From assembly GCA_009602725.1 (NCBI GenBank), contig WELB01000026.1, positions 900,185-964,184 on the forward strand: a stretch of DNA of 64,000 bases. The letters are read 5' to 3'. This DNA comes from Spirogloea muscicola. Its lineage: Eukaryota. Position 1 is the first letter of the stretch, and the number at the start of each line of letters is the position of its first letter. Positions 38,569 through 52,096 of the stretch are shown one piece after another. The notes below the pieces were generated by a model that saw only the letters and a list, made by a program, of their open reading frames with translations, was not told the origin of the DNA and did not search any database. Made by a program: the position numbers and the translations under genes.

Positions 38569-40764
38569 TCAGTCAGCCTTCATCTCGGCCATGCTTGGGG
38601 GAGGCTGAAGACCATAGCGGACCTGCAAGCAGTTGGCTCATTTCTTCTTATCAGACTGTGCAGTCCAATGGGTTGCTTAAAAGGCTGCCCAAATTGTGCA
38701 TCAAAATGGGATCTGGCAAGAGAAACAATATTATCTGGCAAGAAATGGGCAACTGCAGAGTCTGCCTATCGACCTCCCAAGACCAGAGAATTGTGCAGCA
38801 CCAGTGTACTAGACTTACCTGATTGGCTATCTCAGCAACGTTTGCTGGTCCATGTGGTAAGAAGAGGGTAGAATTTTTGGAGTGACTGCCAATTTCCTTC
38901 ATAGTGTCAAAGTACTGAGTCATAAGCACCATCTCCATCACATCTTTGGGCCCAGTTCCTGGCACGTTGCCAGAAAAAGCTAAAACACTCTCTCGCAGTC
39001 CATCAACAATGGCCTGAAAGCAACACATTCATCATCAAGTGTGTCAGTCAGGCACACCTGACAGGCTTGATTTCAGCTGGGAGCAAGGTGTTGTGAAGTT
39101 TAAGCAAGTCTGAAGCTGCTCATGCTGCCTTAATGATCAACCTAGTGAATAGTACTAGCCCACGCACTGCATGAAGTAGCAGAAGTGTGCCACTTATGTG
39201 TTCTGGCCTTTCTATGTTGGACACATATTCACCTGACGCTGACGTGCGATTCCCAAGCCAGAGAGATATTTAGCTTCAGCTTCAGCTTCCGCTCGCTTCA
39301 CTTGCAAGACCTTCTCCGCCTCACCCTTCTCCGTGGCAGCAGCTCGTAATCGCACAGCTATGAACATTCACAAATATGAAGTCTCAAACTGCAGTCCCGT
39401 TGATCTAGAGCAACACCTACTCTACTCGCAAGAACACCTGCCGGTGTCCCTTGGGTTCTCAAGCAGTGCTTGAGTAGCATGCATAAGTAATGCTTGAGTA
39501 GCACAAGATAATAGTGGGTGCCAAGACTGGATAGTCATCACTGCACCTGCATTGATCTCGTTCATGGCGCGCTTCACAGTTTGATCGGGCTCTATGTCAA
39601 CAATAAGTGTCTGTACAATCTCATAACCATAAGTTGCCATAGCCTGCAGCATATGTAATAGAGTGTGCAGTCAGTAGGAAACCTTCGGCTTGCTTCTGAT
39701 GACTTACTTAGCCAGTCGAGTTTCTCAACATGCTATGCTTCACTTGACCTCACAACAGAGGCTCCATCTGCATTGCCTCCTGCTGGATACTACCGTACTA
39801 CATTGAGCACTAGGAAGTCGTGTCATTGTACTCCGTCTCGTGTGACAGACAAGTAATTCTGTTCACCTTCTCCAATTCATCCTCTACAACCTTGGCAATG
39901 TCATTCTTCGATTCAAAGACTGAGTCCAGGTTCATCTTTGGAACACTAGCACGCACCACTGCCAAAGCACACGAGGATGGCAGCTGAGATCAGTAGAAAT
40001 AATGCATTGTGATGGTGTAGCTGTCAAACTCGTTGCTGATATCACAAGCCATTCATTGCTAAGAATGACCGGACTTCGCTTCACATTCCACATCCCGTGT
40101 CTCCTCACAAGCTTGAGCAGACAAGGGAAATCTGATTTTGGTAAAGCTTTGCACTAATCATTGGAAAGGCTTGCGTTAAACCGACCATGACCGGCCATAC
40201 TGACTTGCATGCTCACCGTCAAAGACGTAGGCCTGAATCTGCTCTTTTGGGCTTGTCAATTTGTAGTAGGCATCCACCTCGTTCTCTCGAATTACGCGGT
40301 ACTGCACCGAGGCCACCACGTTGACAAAGACATTGTCCTACACACAGGATGGCCTCCAAAAGGTCTGTGAGGCACTTCAGTGCGCGACAATGACTCCGCC
40401 AACGCCAATTTACGCTCGCGCGTAGCTCGCTCATGTATATCATGCTCGCTTATTGCGTGTGCTATACAAGAGCTGGTCTGAAGATCGTGCAACAATCAGC
40501 AAGCGAGCTCACTGCAGACTCCAGTCGGCAAAAGGAGAACGGAAGCCTCGACGCGGGAGCGGGCGCGCCTCACACCTTGGTCTTGGTCTCGCACCGCACG
40601 TCGAGCTGCTGGATGCGCATGCTGAGGAGGCCGGCGAGCGTGATGCCGCAGGGCCAGCAGAGGCAGTGGCACCCCGGCTGCGCCACGTGGCTGTACCGGC
40701 CGAAGCGCTCGACGAAGCCGACGGTGGACTGCTCCACGCGCAGCACGCAGCACGCCTGGCCCAT
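38569..40764 (-). CDS. HIR: Hypersensitive-induced response (HIR) SPFH/Band-7 protein, copy A
   Basis: [16 protein letters not shown]...[82 protein letters not shown]. Confidence 0.95.
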
Positions 40765-41067
40765 GGCGGCGGCCGCGGGGGCCCGGCGACGCGGGCGCCG
40801 CGGCGGCGGCGTCGAGCGGCGCCGGGGGGGCTGCCGTTGACGGCGCCACGCCAAGTCACCCGCTGGCGCTTCGTAGAAAAAACCTGACGGGCCACCGCTT
40901 CGTAGAAGCTGACGGGCCACTGCGGTGGGCACATCTGACCCGTGTGTGGCTTCGCCCCACATAGTCCTTGGACCACTTTCTTCACATCTTCCCACGTCAC
41001 CCTGCCGAGCTTGGCTTTTCGTAATGGGATAGTTGGGATAGTTTTCCGGCAGCTAGTCTGTCGGATG

Positions 41068-41240
41068 TGAGGCTCCTCACTCGTAACTACTGAGTGGTCC
41101 ATCCTCCCCAGTTCTGCCATAGCCTCTTCAGGCCCTCGCAGTCGTTGCTTAGCTCGTAGTTTGGCCCCTTCGAACCTTGTCAATTCTTTTCGGGCTGGCT
41201 TCTCACAGCCCTTGCCCCATTGGCAGAGCCGCTTCTCTTT
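41068..41240 (+). mobile_element. 3' end of CRE-like retrotransposon subfamily (LLTRNY-stop plus hairpin unit)
   Basis: Nearly identical to the reverse complement of 62684-62843. Confidence 0.75.
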
Positions 41241-41255
41241 CGTAAGCCCGACCGC

Positions 41256-41405
41256 CGCACTGTCCGCAAATATCAGTTATATGAACTCCCTCGGTACGCA
41301 CCTGGCTATTTCCGCCTCTGTTTTGAGCCCTCGCACTGTCCGCAAATATCAGTTATATGAACTCCCTCGGTACGCACCTGGCTATTTCCGCCTCTGTTTT
41401 GAGCC
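41256..41405 (+). repeat. Tandem duplication of a unit of about 76 bp
   Basis: CGCACTGTCCGCAAATATCAGTTATATGAACTCCCTCGGTACGCACCTGGCTATTTCCGCCTCTGTTTTGAGCC occurs twice. Confidence 0.9.
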
Positions 41406-41819
41406 GTATGCTTTACAATGCTGCGACGGATAGGGCCCACCGTACTCCTGCACATGAGCCCACAGCCCACAAGCCTTGCATGACCGTTGACCCCGTCCAC
41501 CTGCGCCGCCTCGCCCCATGTCCGCAACCCAATGCAGACCTCACGCTGACACCTCATAAGAATCTCGATATTCAATATTCATCATGTGCCAACGAGTAGG
41601 AGGAGCTTCTTCGCGACTTGACTCAGTGTAACACATGATGCCCGTCTGCATTCTATCATGCCTGAATAATGACATTTGCAAAAGGAAGGTAAAGCTCAAG
41701 AGCAAAAAAATAACCTATAAAGTTTTTAATGTACAAGCTTGCAAACAAGTTTATTGCCTGGTATTGTGACCACCTAACTGCATCATTTAGCCCTCTGCTG
41801 ATGGCCAATCTGGGCCCTG

Positions 41820-42583
41820 TCACTCGAACTTCATAGGAGGTGGTGGCGTCAAGCCGTAGCGGACCTGCATAAAGCAGCACAATGCAAGGTCAAGCATCAT
41901 ACCAGTTGAACCTGTACGTGCAGCTTCTGCTTGTCGATATGCACAAGAGGTAAGCAATCTTCTAGTCCGTCTGAAGCAGGTGGGTCACCTGATTGGCAAT
42001 CTCTGCAACAGTGGCTGGACCATGAGGCAGGAAGATAGTGGAATTCCTAGAACTTGTGCCTATGTCCTTCATGGTATCAAAATACTGTGTCATGAGTACC
42101 ATCTCCATGACATCCTTTGGAGCCGTACCAGGAACGTTGCCTGAAAATGCCAGAACGCTTTCACGTAGACCATCTACAATTGCCTGTTCAAGACACAACA
42201 AAGCTTGTATAATCTACTGACCATCAACGTGCACATGCCAATGCACCAAGAAGCTGCGCAGTCTATCTCCGAGAGCAGTACTGACTTGATACCAGTGGAG
42301 CAAGGATGTGTGCAGTAATACAACCATGATTGTCCCTCTCTAAGGCAGATGGAAATTGTCTCTTCCCAGCACAAGGTAACAACCACATGAGTTTATGCCC
42401 ATACAGGCTGTTGATGCTTAGTCCTAAAAGATGGTCTAGTGTACCTGACGTTGTCGTGCAATACCGAGCCCAGCAAGATATTTGGATTCTGCCTCTGCCT
42501 CGGCCTTCTTCACCTGTAGTACCTTCTCTGCCTCACCTTTCTCAGTTGCTGCAGCTCGCAAGCGTACAGCTGCCAAGAAGACA

Positions 42584-42623
<40 letters not shown>

Positions 42624-43777
42624 TAAGCACAACCTCTTATGTCAGATTTGAGATGTGCCTGTTTGTCGCCTGCTAAATTCACATGTTCTTGCTGTGGGTC
42701 CAAGGATGCAGCATATGAACAGCTTCATTCCTCTAGCAGACACATAGTTGAACTTACCTGCATTGATCTCGTTCATTGCACGCTTCACGGTCTGATCAGG
42801 CTCAATGTCCACTATCAAAGTCTGGACAATCTCATACCCATACGTAGTCATTGCCTGTGGAATTAATTGAATCAGCACACCCTCACATTCTGGCAAGCGC
42901 TGAGGAACATGACCACTAGAAGCTGCATGAGTGGAAGGAAGAGTTGAAGCATCCCTTTGCAGTTACAGTCATGTAAGAACCATCAAAGTCCTCATGCTCT
43001 GTATTTGAGAAGCTTCGAAGGAAGAGAAAGCTCTGAGCAGGACCGCTTTATGATTAGGTGGCATGCAGGCACCTTCTCAAGCTCCTCTTCGACAATCTTC
43101 GCAACATCATTCTTTGACTCAAAGACGGCATCCAAATTCATCTTTGGCACACTTGACCGCACCACTGCAAAAGGCAAATCAGGATAATTGAACATGATCA
43201 AAACTGGTAGAGACATACTTCTCCCCTGAGGACCTTGCACTTGTCAGATGGCCAGTGCTTGCTACAAAGACTCACCATCAAACACGTATGCCTGGATTTG
43301 TTCGCGAGGACTTGTAAGCTTGTAAAAGGCGTCCACTGCATTCTCGCGAATGACCCGGTATTGTATGGACGCCACCACATTAACAAAGACATTGTCCTGG
43401 ACATGCAATTAACAGGTCAGGTGCGTATGATCGCTTTGTCGCAGGCTGCAGTCCCATTGCTTGCTGCCAGTTTCTATGGCCTGTTGCATAGGGTCAGCAA
43501 AAGGGCGGCCAGTGACCGTCAGCGAGGCAAAACTAAAGCGTGACCAACGGCGACATATATGTTGTCAACCAGAGTGGCCACCCAGTACCTTGGTCTTGGT
43601 CTCACAGCGAACGTCCAGCTGCTGGATGCGGACACTGAGCACGCCGGCGAGGTTCGTGCCGCAAATCCACGGCAGAAAGTGACAGCCCGGCTGCGAGACG
43701 TGGCTGAAGCTGCCACACTGCTCTACAATGCCTACAGTCGCCTGCTCCACTTGCAGGCAGCAGAAGGCTTGGCCCAT
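41820..43777 (-). CDS. HIR: HIR SPFH/Band-7 protein, copy B (tandem paralog)
   Basis: [16 protein letters not shown]...; same exon series as copy A; ends [14 protein letters not shown]. Confidence 0.95.
42585..42622. repeat. (TG)n/(CA)n microsatellite in an HIR-B intron
   Basis: Uninterrupted tg run just upstream of an acceptor site. Confidence 0.95.
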
Positions 43778-44094
43778 GGCTGTGGAGCAAGGCGAGCGAG
43801 GGGAAGCGGAGCGACAACGCTACTGACGAAGCAGCTCACGGCGGCGGAAAGCTCCGCGAGGGCGGCTACGACGGTAAAGCGTCGCAGCCGTCGGCTGTGC
43901 AGGTGCACAAGCCCAAGGCACGGCCTCCGTGGGCCCGCCCGCTCGCTCGACGGGGAGGGCGGCCGGCGCCAAGCCGAGGCTGGCGGCGCTGCGCTGCGCC
44001 TCGCAGGGTCTGGCTTTCCGCGGGCTTGGGTGGCCGGCAACACCCCGGGGCGAGGGGGACGGAGCGGGGGCCAGCCTGGAAGCTGCCGGGACCA

Positions 44095-46280
44095 GAGAGA
44101 GAGGCGCGCGGGGCGCATGAAATGAAAAGGGAGGCCCATTCAAGCCAATACACAGTTCAAGCAGAGGCGAGTGCAAACTAAACAAGGCTACATAATATAG
44201 AGACCAACATAGAGACCAGAGAGAACTAGTGGCACCCTCAACGGGTTTAGGGCAAATACGAAGGACGCCCAAAGGAGTGTACAAGGTCTGAAAGCGAGGA
44301 AAGAAGGCGTGGCCAGAATGACTGCTGGCTGTGCTTTTCCTGGCTGTGAGAGGCCAGCCCAAAGGAATGGTCAAAGGTCTGAAGGAGCCGGATGAGGAGG
44401 AGCCGGAGGAAAGGGGCCGGAAGGCGCAGACAAAGAGAAGGCGCGCGCGATGCACATGAAATAAAAGGGTGGCCAGATTGAAGCCAATACCATTGTTCAG
44501 ACAAACAGCAAAAAGGCAAAATGGCAAAAGCAGGATACTACTCCTTATGCGTGACGGGGCGGAGCGGCCTTTCGGCGCAGCCATCAGCGCCGTTCGGCAG
44601 GCGACGGCAGGGGACGTGGAACGGCCGGCGCAGCCGCGGCCGCACCCCGGTGGTCCGCCCCCCCGCCGCGCCGGAAAGCGGCGGTCCCCACCGGCGCCGC
44701 CCCCGCAAAGCGCCACTGGCTTCCGACGTGGCCGGCTCGGCAGGCAGGCGAACCGCCCCGCCGACGGAACGGGGAGCCTCCTGCCTGTCCTGACTCGCTT
44801 CGAGCCGCGATCACCCTTCAGCCTGCTGGTGGCGCGCCTCGGAGCGGTGGGCCTCGTCTACTCCTCGACGTCGTCCTCATCGACGCGTTCCAACCATGGA
44901 ACCCACGGCGACTGTGCTAGGTTGGGCGACGAAATACGCGGAGAAGGGGGGGGAGCGACACTACAAGGTCAAAGTGGGGCGATGGCTGTGAAAAGCCTGC
45001 CCAAAAAGAATGAAATAAGATGACATGTCTAGGGTATCGGAAAGCGGAAATGTAGGAATTTCTAAGGGATGGCCGCTCAATAATCACGTAGTTGGCAGCC
45101 GCAAGTCGGAAATGCTAGCAGCCAGATAGGGGGGAAGGGCTCGTCCATTGAGGATAGGGGCTGGAAAAGCCAGCCCAAAACAGAATGAACAAAGATAGGG
45201 GTCCCTAAGCCAGTAGCCGGAGTGGCAGCCAGGGCAGCATATGCAAGGCGTGAGCCGAAGAGCGCTGCAGGTAGATGGAGAGCAGCATGTACACCAGGAC
45301 CGGAGAGCCCGTGGCGTTTCAGTCAGCCTGCTCGTTGTAGCCAGAAGGACGCCGCTCTTCGTGAAAGCCCGGTGTAATACGTCGAGCCCCGAGCCCCAGC
45401 TGTGGACGTCAATGTTGAGGGGCACCAATTCGAGAAGATCAGCTCTTGTGGCTAGCCCACAGAAGTATGGACAAGGTCCGTATTGGGCTTAATGTACCAC
45501 ATAAGTATGCAAGTGGCTACAACGAAGGGGTGCTGTTGACCCTAGTCCGCAGCCGCAGATTTGAGTAGCTTGTAGACGGTATAAGCAGGGAATGCTGGAT
45601 AGAGACTGCTAGGCGCATAGAGAAGACCTGATCGAGCAAGCCAGTGCAGCTGGGCTGCTCACCTTGCTGGCATTACTTGGGTGACGGCACGCTGGTAATT
45701 GCACGCCCTTAAATTTTCACTCTGGTTGACTTGGCTGACTAGCTGACTTCCTGACTAGGAGTTATTGAGCAGGCTTGGTTATCTTCACATTTGCCGGCTC
45801 CTTTTGACCTTGTCCTCTCTTTTGTGGGCTGGCTTCTGCAGACCCCGCCCCCTGGCCTCTGCCAGCCCCTCTTCTCTATGGGCGAGCCATGTCTTTGTGT
45901 TAGCTGCTTCTATCTTAACCCCTTAGCCTGGCGCTTCGCTTTGTCCATCTGCACTACCTTTAGTCTGAACCGGTCACGCACTTGGAAGTGGGTCGAAATG
46001 ATGTAGGCAACCACTACTATCAACCGCCAGTCGTCGGGACAATTACCTACGTATAGGTGGGCCGTGGGAAGTCTATCTGCTCATACGTGAGCACCTGGCT
46101 GTCTCTTTCTCTCGGCGTAGTACGCTTGTATAATGTATTGTATCCGCTGGGCCTTATTCTATCGATTTGTCCGTCTCTCTCGGGCTAACTTTCACAGCCC
46201 CCGCCGACCTTTGGAGGAGCTGATATTCTCATCATGCGCACAGCGCGCTCTGGCCAGCCTCGCTCTCGCCAGCCTCGTCC
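44095..46280. mobile_element. Large cluster of degenerate CRE-like retrotransposon 3' fragments between divergent HIR-B and CDC123
   Basis: Terminal motif at about 44100 and 44440 (-); hairpins at 44342, about 44985, 45158 (-) and about 45826, 46182 (+); minus-strand remnant LVPLNIDVHSWG...LSIYLQRSSAHALH (45240-45480) resembling an RLE C-terminus. Confidence 0.65.
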
Positions 46281-46495
46281 TCCGCTTCAAGGGGGCGCGA
46301 GCACCCGCGCCGTGGTGCAGCCCCGGCTCCAATCTCACGGCACGACTGACGGTGCTACGCAGCCGCACTGGCAGGCCCCGGAGGACAAGGAGGCGCAGCA
46401 CTCTCAGTGCTGCGTGCTTCCAAAAGCTCGCAAAGCTCCAGCTAAGCGGCCCGTGGAGGCCCCTGGCAGAGCCGTGCCTCACATAGCCGGCCAGG

Positions 46496-48947
46496 ATGCG
46501 CGAGGAGGAGGTGCTGCAATGCCAGTTTCAAAATTGGTACCCCAGCTTTCGCAGCTTGTCCTTCCGCAGCGAGATTGTCTTGCTGCCCGACGCATTTGTG
46601 AGCTACCTGCTTGAGGACGGTGTCTTCCTCCCAGGCCATAGCGAGGCTGTAAGTGCCTTCCAGGCCGTTGGCTGCAGCTTTTTCCGTGCTACACCACAAT
46701 GCCTATGCAACTCTTGCATCTCCATGTGCAGCTAAGCGTGTGATTGTTGTATATTATCGTGATCCTTGACTATGCTATGCTGAAGACTTGATATCCTCCC
46801 AAGTGGTCCACTATTCTCAGAGCAGATTCCCAGCAAGCCAAGACAGGAGCAGTGGGAGGCCCACACAGATGACCACAAGTTTCTCCGCGATGAAGAGGAC
46901 ACATCGGCTGAGCCGGAGGTGTGTTTGCTTTTCCCAAAACGTAGGACCCAACAAATGAGATTGCGAAACCAAGTTAGCACTGGTCCTTTGATACCTAATC
47001 ACACATCTTTCGAGATTGCTGGAATCAAGATTGGAGTTGTTATGCTCTTGGCTAAGTGACTGGGCACGCACTGATAAAAGCCTTGAGCACTGAATGAGGA
47101 ACAGCTCCTCACTCTCGCTTACTCAGGCTTCCAGGTACCAATCTTTGCTGATCTGTGCAATGAATTGCGGGCAGCAATCCATCGCTTGGGGGGAGCAGTT
47201 GTTCCAAAGTTAAACTGGAGTTGCCCAAAGGTAACCATCAGACCTAAACAGGCAGCCATTAATATTCGGTTCTTTCCAATTGTAAGTGTTGATCTCAATA
47301 GTTCATTCACAATCATCGTTCCAAGTCCTACTCATTGATTCCATTCAAAATCCAAACTCTCATGCGTGGTAGCTCCAAAATTATATATGCAGGATGTCTA
47401 GAGCAACAAGGAGGACAAATAACTAACAAACACTTTCACAAGAGATGGTCATGTCTTGTCAAGTGCAAATGACAGGCCATTGTCGTGATGAATGTTGTTA
47501 TTTCAGGACACCACATGGATTAGCCCCTCAGGAAGCTTAAAGTGCACAAATCCTGACGAAGTCATTCTTCTACTAAAGAGCTCAGATACCCTTGTGCACG
47601 ACCTTTGTCATGCGTGAGTCTTTGTACATCTTCAATTCATGTGCAGGACTTCAGTCTTAGCATACCAGGCCGTCAGACTGATGAAGGCAGATAGATCTTG
47701 AATGACTTGCCTACAAGTTGCTCTCTCCATGATGTCATTCACTGTGATGCTTACTGAAATGCCTTGCTACACTTGTAAAGAAGACGGCAAGCAAGCGGTA
47801 CTCTTGTCCTCCAACAGACTGATTGAGCCAAGATATGGAGGTGTTTTGGTAGATTTGAGGCCTGCGAGGATGCTTCAAGAGAAAGGCCAGATGAGGTTGT
47901 TCTTGTTCTACGCAAGTGGTACGACTTGCACCCTGAGATGGAGTTCAGGTGCTTTGTGCAAGATCACCACCTTCTAGGTAAGGCCACCTTCAGCTCACAG
48001 GTGCTCCTTCGCACGGCCCAATCTTTAGTGGCTGCTGCTGCATGTGTTGTATTCCTTTCACAAAGGCTTGGATGCCTAGGGTAGCATGGTCTGTCTCCTC
48101 GGCAGATGAACCTTTTGGCTAGATTGATAACTTAGCTGGTCATGGAAATGTGACAGGCATAAGTCAGAGGGACGTGGCAAGCCACTATCCTGTGCTCGTA
48201 CAAAAGAGGGAGACCTTGAAAGCGCTTCTTCTACAGTTCTTTGAGGAACACATCAAGGATAAATTTGCATGCAAGAGCTGTGGGTAGTCTCATCGACTTT
48301 GTATGCAATGATTATCTCTGACCAACTCCACCTTGCACTCAAGCAATTGCAAGGGTGGACACATACATAGCGAACCCTTCTGCATGTTGCTGATGAAAGT
48401 CATGCCTTTCTTCTCCTCTACTACAGATGTTTTTGATGTATATGTCACAAGGAATGAGCAAGTGAAGCTTGTGGACTTCAATACTTATGGAGGAGTCACG
48501 CTGCCGCTCCTGTACACCTGGGAGGAGCTCAACGACCTCGCCGTGCAGGCAGGTGGGCGTATGAGGGACACTAGGAGCTCTCTTGAAAGTGGACAAGCCA
48601 ATGGCGTGCACATTACTCGATATGGTGGGCTGGATGACAAGGAGGGCACTGAGCAAGCAGATGCTGTCCAACAGCAACTCGGCACAATGTCTTTGCACAT
48701 GGCACCTTACTTGGAGCAAGTAGGATCGCATGCAGTAGGTCTTGAAGAATCTGACAATGCTTGGACTCCACCTAGTGACGTTGTTGCTATTGAGCTAAGA
48801 GTAGTGGAGTCCTATACTGGCGTGCAGCCAAGTATGCGCCTCGCCAGTGGCGTCCCACAAGATTTAGTGAACTTTGGTCCTGGCAGCCCGCTGGATGTAT
48901 TCATTCAGCATGCTGACAGAGAGGCGCAGTTGCAAGAAAATGGGTAA
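46496..48947 (+). CDS. CDC123: Cell division cycle protein 123 (D123, ATP-grasp eIF2 assembly factor)
   Basis: MREEEVLQCQFQNWYPSF...FVSYLLEDGVFLP; LGGAVVPKLNWSCPK|DTTWI; LLLKSSD; LVLRKWYDLHPEMEFRCFV; GISQRD; FDVYV...VKLVDFNTYG...PLLYTWEEL. Confidence 0.95.
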
Positions 48948-49835
48948 AGATTTTGGCTGACAGTTGTGCACTGCCCAAACTAGTTCTTGTGCTAGATCTT
49001 GACAGTCATTGTGCTATCTTTGCAGCAAGCCATATGCGCTCTTGGATTTCTTCATAGATCAGGCCAAAGAACTAAATCAAATCCAAGACCTAGTATCTAA
49101 CCAAAACGCAAAAGCGAGATTACTGCATAATCACAGGTGAACTACTTTCTGTTTGGACAGCTACCGTCCTCCACATTGTGTGGTGGACTAGCCACTACTA
49201 CTAGATGTATGGAATTTAGTTGGCTCAGGGCTCGAGAAGCTACACTGTTTGCTTGTATGAGCTCAATGGAGGGCATCAGCAGGCAGCTCATCACATGCAA
49301 ATATTGCCAGTCGTGTGATCCCACCCCGCGCTTGCGGCTTAAGCAGGACCTGCTTGAGCTCTAGTGCCTCTGCAAAGCCAATTGCATCTGCAGCGAATCA
49401 GACCGCTTAATGCAAAGCCAATCTTCTTGCCACAATATGCTGCATTCGCGCTTGCCCTACTCCAACAGAGCGTCAGGCCCTCTACTGATGGCATGCCCAC
49501 CAGGAGCCGGCGTCAGCATGTTGTAATGGGCAAAAAGTCCAGGAGCTCTTCACTTTACAGTGACTAGCTGGCCCTCCATGTAGACCGCCACTTCCCCTGC
49601 ACTACTCTCCTTAGCCCTCCGATGGCTGTGCAGCCCACAGGCTGCAGGCTCGTCGCGAAAGGCCGGCATCTAGGCGACCCAAGGCTGGTCAGCAATGCCG
49701 CAAAATGAGTGAAGTGGGCTCTTTGGAGGAGGTCCTGCAGTCTCTGCAGCGGCAATCGCCACAGACATCGGCAATCAGGGGCAAAGAAGTGGTAGCTTCA
49801 GCTGGCCTCGCGGAGCTCTTGTGGGCGCAAGCGGC

Positions 49836-52096
49836 ATGCACGCTGGCGTGGCGTGTGGCTGGCCAGCGCTCAGTATAAGAAGGCGGGCAAGCGGTCTTGC
49901 TCCGTGCACTAGCCGACCCAGTGAATGTCTGTGTAGCAATCGCGGGCTGCTTGCCCAACAGGCGCTGCCAGCAGCTGGGTGCCGAAGGCCTTGGCAGCGT
50001 CAGATATTCCGTGCGACTGCGGCCCAGCAATCACCAGAGACACCGGCGAGTGGCCCGGTTTCGCATCTTCAAGGAGTAGCACCAGCCATCAGCCTTTCTC
50101 CTGAGGGAGGCCCTCGCGGCAGTGCCGCAATGGCCTGCTCCTACAGTGAATGGGCAATAAGAGTGATGCAGCAGTGCTGACGCTTTGATGGCTCCTGTGC
50201 GTGTCTGCAGCCAAAGGAGGGCCTGTGCCTCCAGCTCGAGCAAGTCCGGAAGACCTTTGGGAAGCGGACCGTGGTGGACAATGTAAGCATCACCGTGCGC
50301 CAGGGCGAAGTGGTGAGCTCTGGTCTCTGGCGCTCTTCTTGAGGCCCTGACGCCCACGATTCTGCCACCAACTAGGTGCTGATTGGCTGGCCAGGGGCTT
50401 GTTTGCTGCTGGAAGTGCTGCAGGTAGGTCTGCTGGGCCCCAATGGCGCGGGCAAGAGCACGGTGTTCGCCATGATGGTGGGCCAGGATGTTCCGACTGA
50501 TGGAGGCGTCCGACTGGGCGTGGAAGACATCACCCAGCTGCCCCTCGAGAGCCGTGCTCGACTCGGAATCGGGTACCTGACTCAGGTCCTTCATCTGCCT
50601 GAGCTGAGCTTGTCAGTCACCCCCTGCACAAGCCCGGCTTTGCAGCTGCATTGGGAGATCTCGTTTCAGTCAGGACAGTGGTCAGGCATGCTCATTGCGA
50701 CCTAAAGCAATGTGACTTACTGATGCACATGTCCACACCGAGTAAGGCTCTGACGATTACCATTCCACAAGTTGTCTATCGACTTGTTCCGATCTTGTGC
50801 AAGTCTCATGGCTGGTTGTCAGATGACAACTGCAGGAGCCGAGTGTTTTCAAGGGACTCAGTGTCCAAGACAACATCCTCCTTGTGCTGCAAGAGAGTGG
50901 CCTATCCAAAGATGCTCGCGCTTCTCGGCTGCAGGTTATGCTTGGTCAACTGCTTGCTTGGGATGATACTGGAGGATGTAGATGCATACTGTCGACACTG
51001 CAATGATATCTCCTCGCAGATTGAGCTTAGCAAGCAGTCTTGAAAAGTAAGCGAGTCACTTTGATATTGGCCAGACATCACCCTTGCTCAGAAGTCCCAG
51101 TATGTTCATCGTCATGGAAGACGGAGACAGAAAGGCAAAAGATGTATGTGCCCTGGCATGCTAAAGTAGCCCTGTCTTGCTGCTTACCACAGGAGTTGCT
51201 GCAAGGCTTCCGTCTGGAGCATGTCAAGGACACATTGGGAAGGGAGCTCTCCGGTGGCGAGCGCAGGCGAACTGTAAGTTGCAACCTGACTTCCGCAGGT
51301 GTCAAGCACTCTCCTGCTCGCCCAACTGCAGATGCTCATGATCACCGGTCCAAACAATTCACTTCTGATCATTCGCATCAACAGTTCCATATGATTGCTC
51401 TTTGCCTGCTTTTGCACGCGCAGGAGCTTGCAAGGGCCCTAGCTGTCAATTGCAGCGGGAAACCCCCACGAATCCTGCTAGTTGACGAGCCCTTTGCTGG
51501 GGTAAGTTGGTCTCTTCTTGCTCGTATGGCTTTCAGGCATGATAGTTGCATCTGTCAAGAGGCTCCTGCTCCTGTTTCTCTTCTCCAAGAGGTGCTGTAA
51601 GAAAGCCCCGCCAGACTCAGTCAAGTGCTACTGTGAGCTGATATTACTTAACATACGGTAGTCATTGGGAACAGGCTTTAAATTAAAGCTCCAAGCCGTT
51701 CTCTGCAAATAAAGATTGCTAAGGAGTCGCCTGAGAATCACTTTCCCATTGTTCACTCAGGTGGATCCTATAGGAGTCTCAGAGATCCAAGGGCTTCTTA
51801 GACACCTCCGGGATGATAACAACATTGGCATCCTCATCACTGATCACAATGTATATCAATGCCTGAGGACTGCAGCGATTGAGCCAATGACTGACCTCAC
51901 GTGCAGCTCTCTTCACCTTCAGTCTTTCTGATCATTGTCGCTTCGATCTTTCCAGGTGAATGAGACACTGAGGATCTGTGACAGAGCATACATGATTTAC
52001 CAAGGTAAAGTCATAGCGGCAGGAATGCCAGACGATCTCTATGGCGACCCATTTGTAAGGTTGCACTACCTTGGAGAGAGCTTCCCACGTGTATGA
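49836..52096 (+). CDS. lptB: LptB-type ABC ATPase (LPS-transport ATP-binding subunit) with putative transit peptide; 7 core exons plus an uncertain 5' exon
   Basis: [34 protein letters not shown]...[34 protein letters not shown]...[45 protein letters not shown]...[20 protein letters not shown]...[13 protein letters not shown]; core introns GT-AG, phase 0. Confidence 0.9.

Noticed and set aside
40865..40922. Short direct repeat CGCTTCGTAGAA...CTGACGGGCCAC upstream of HIR-A (and a similar short duplication at about 10200-10235)
   Set aside because: Only two copies; ordinary micro-duplication with no further support
49836..52096. Bacterial contamination as the source of lptB and the NlpC/P60 gene
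   Set aside because: Both have multiple GT-AG introns and lie among eukaryote-specific genes
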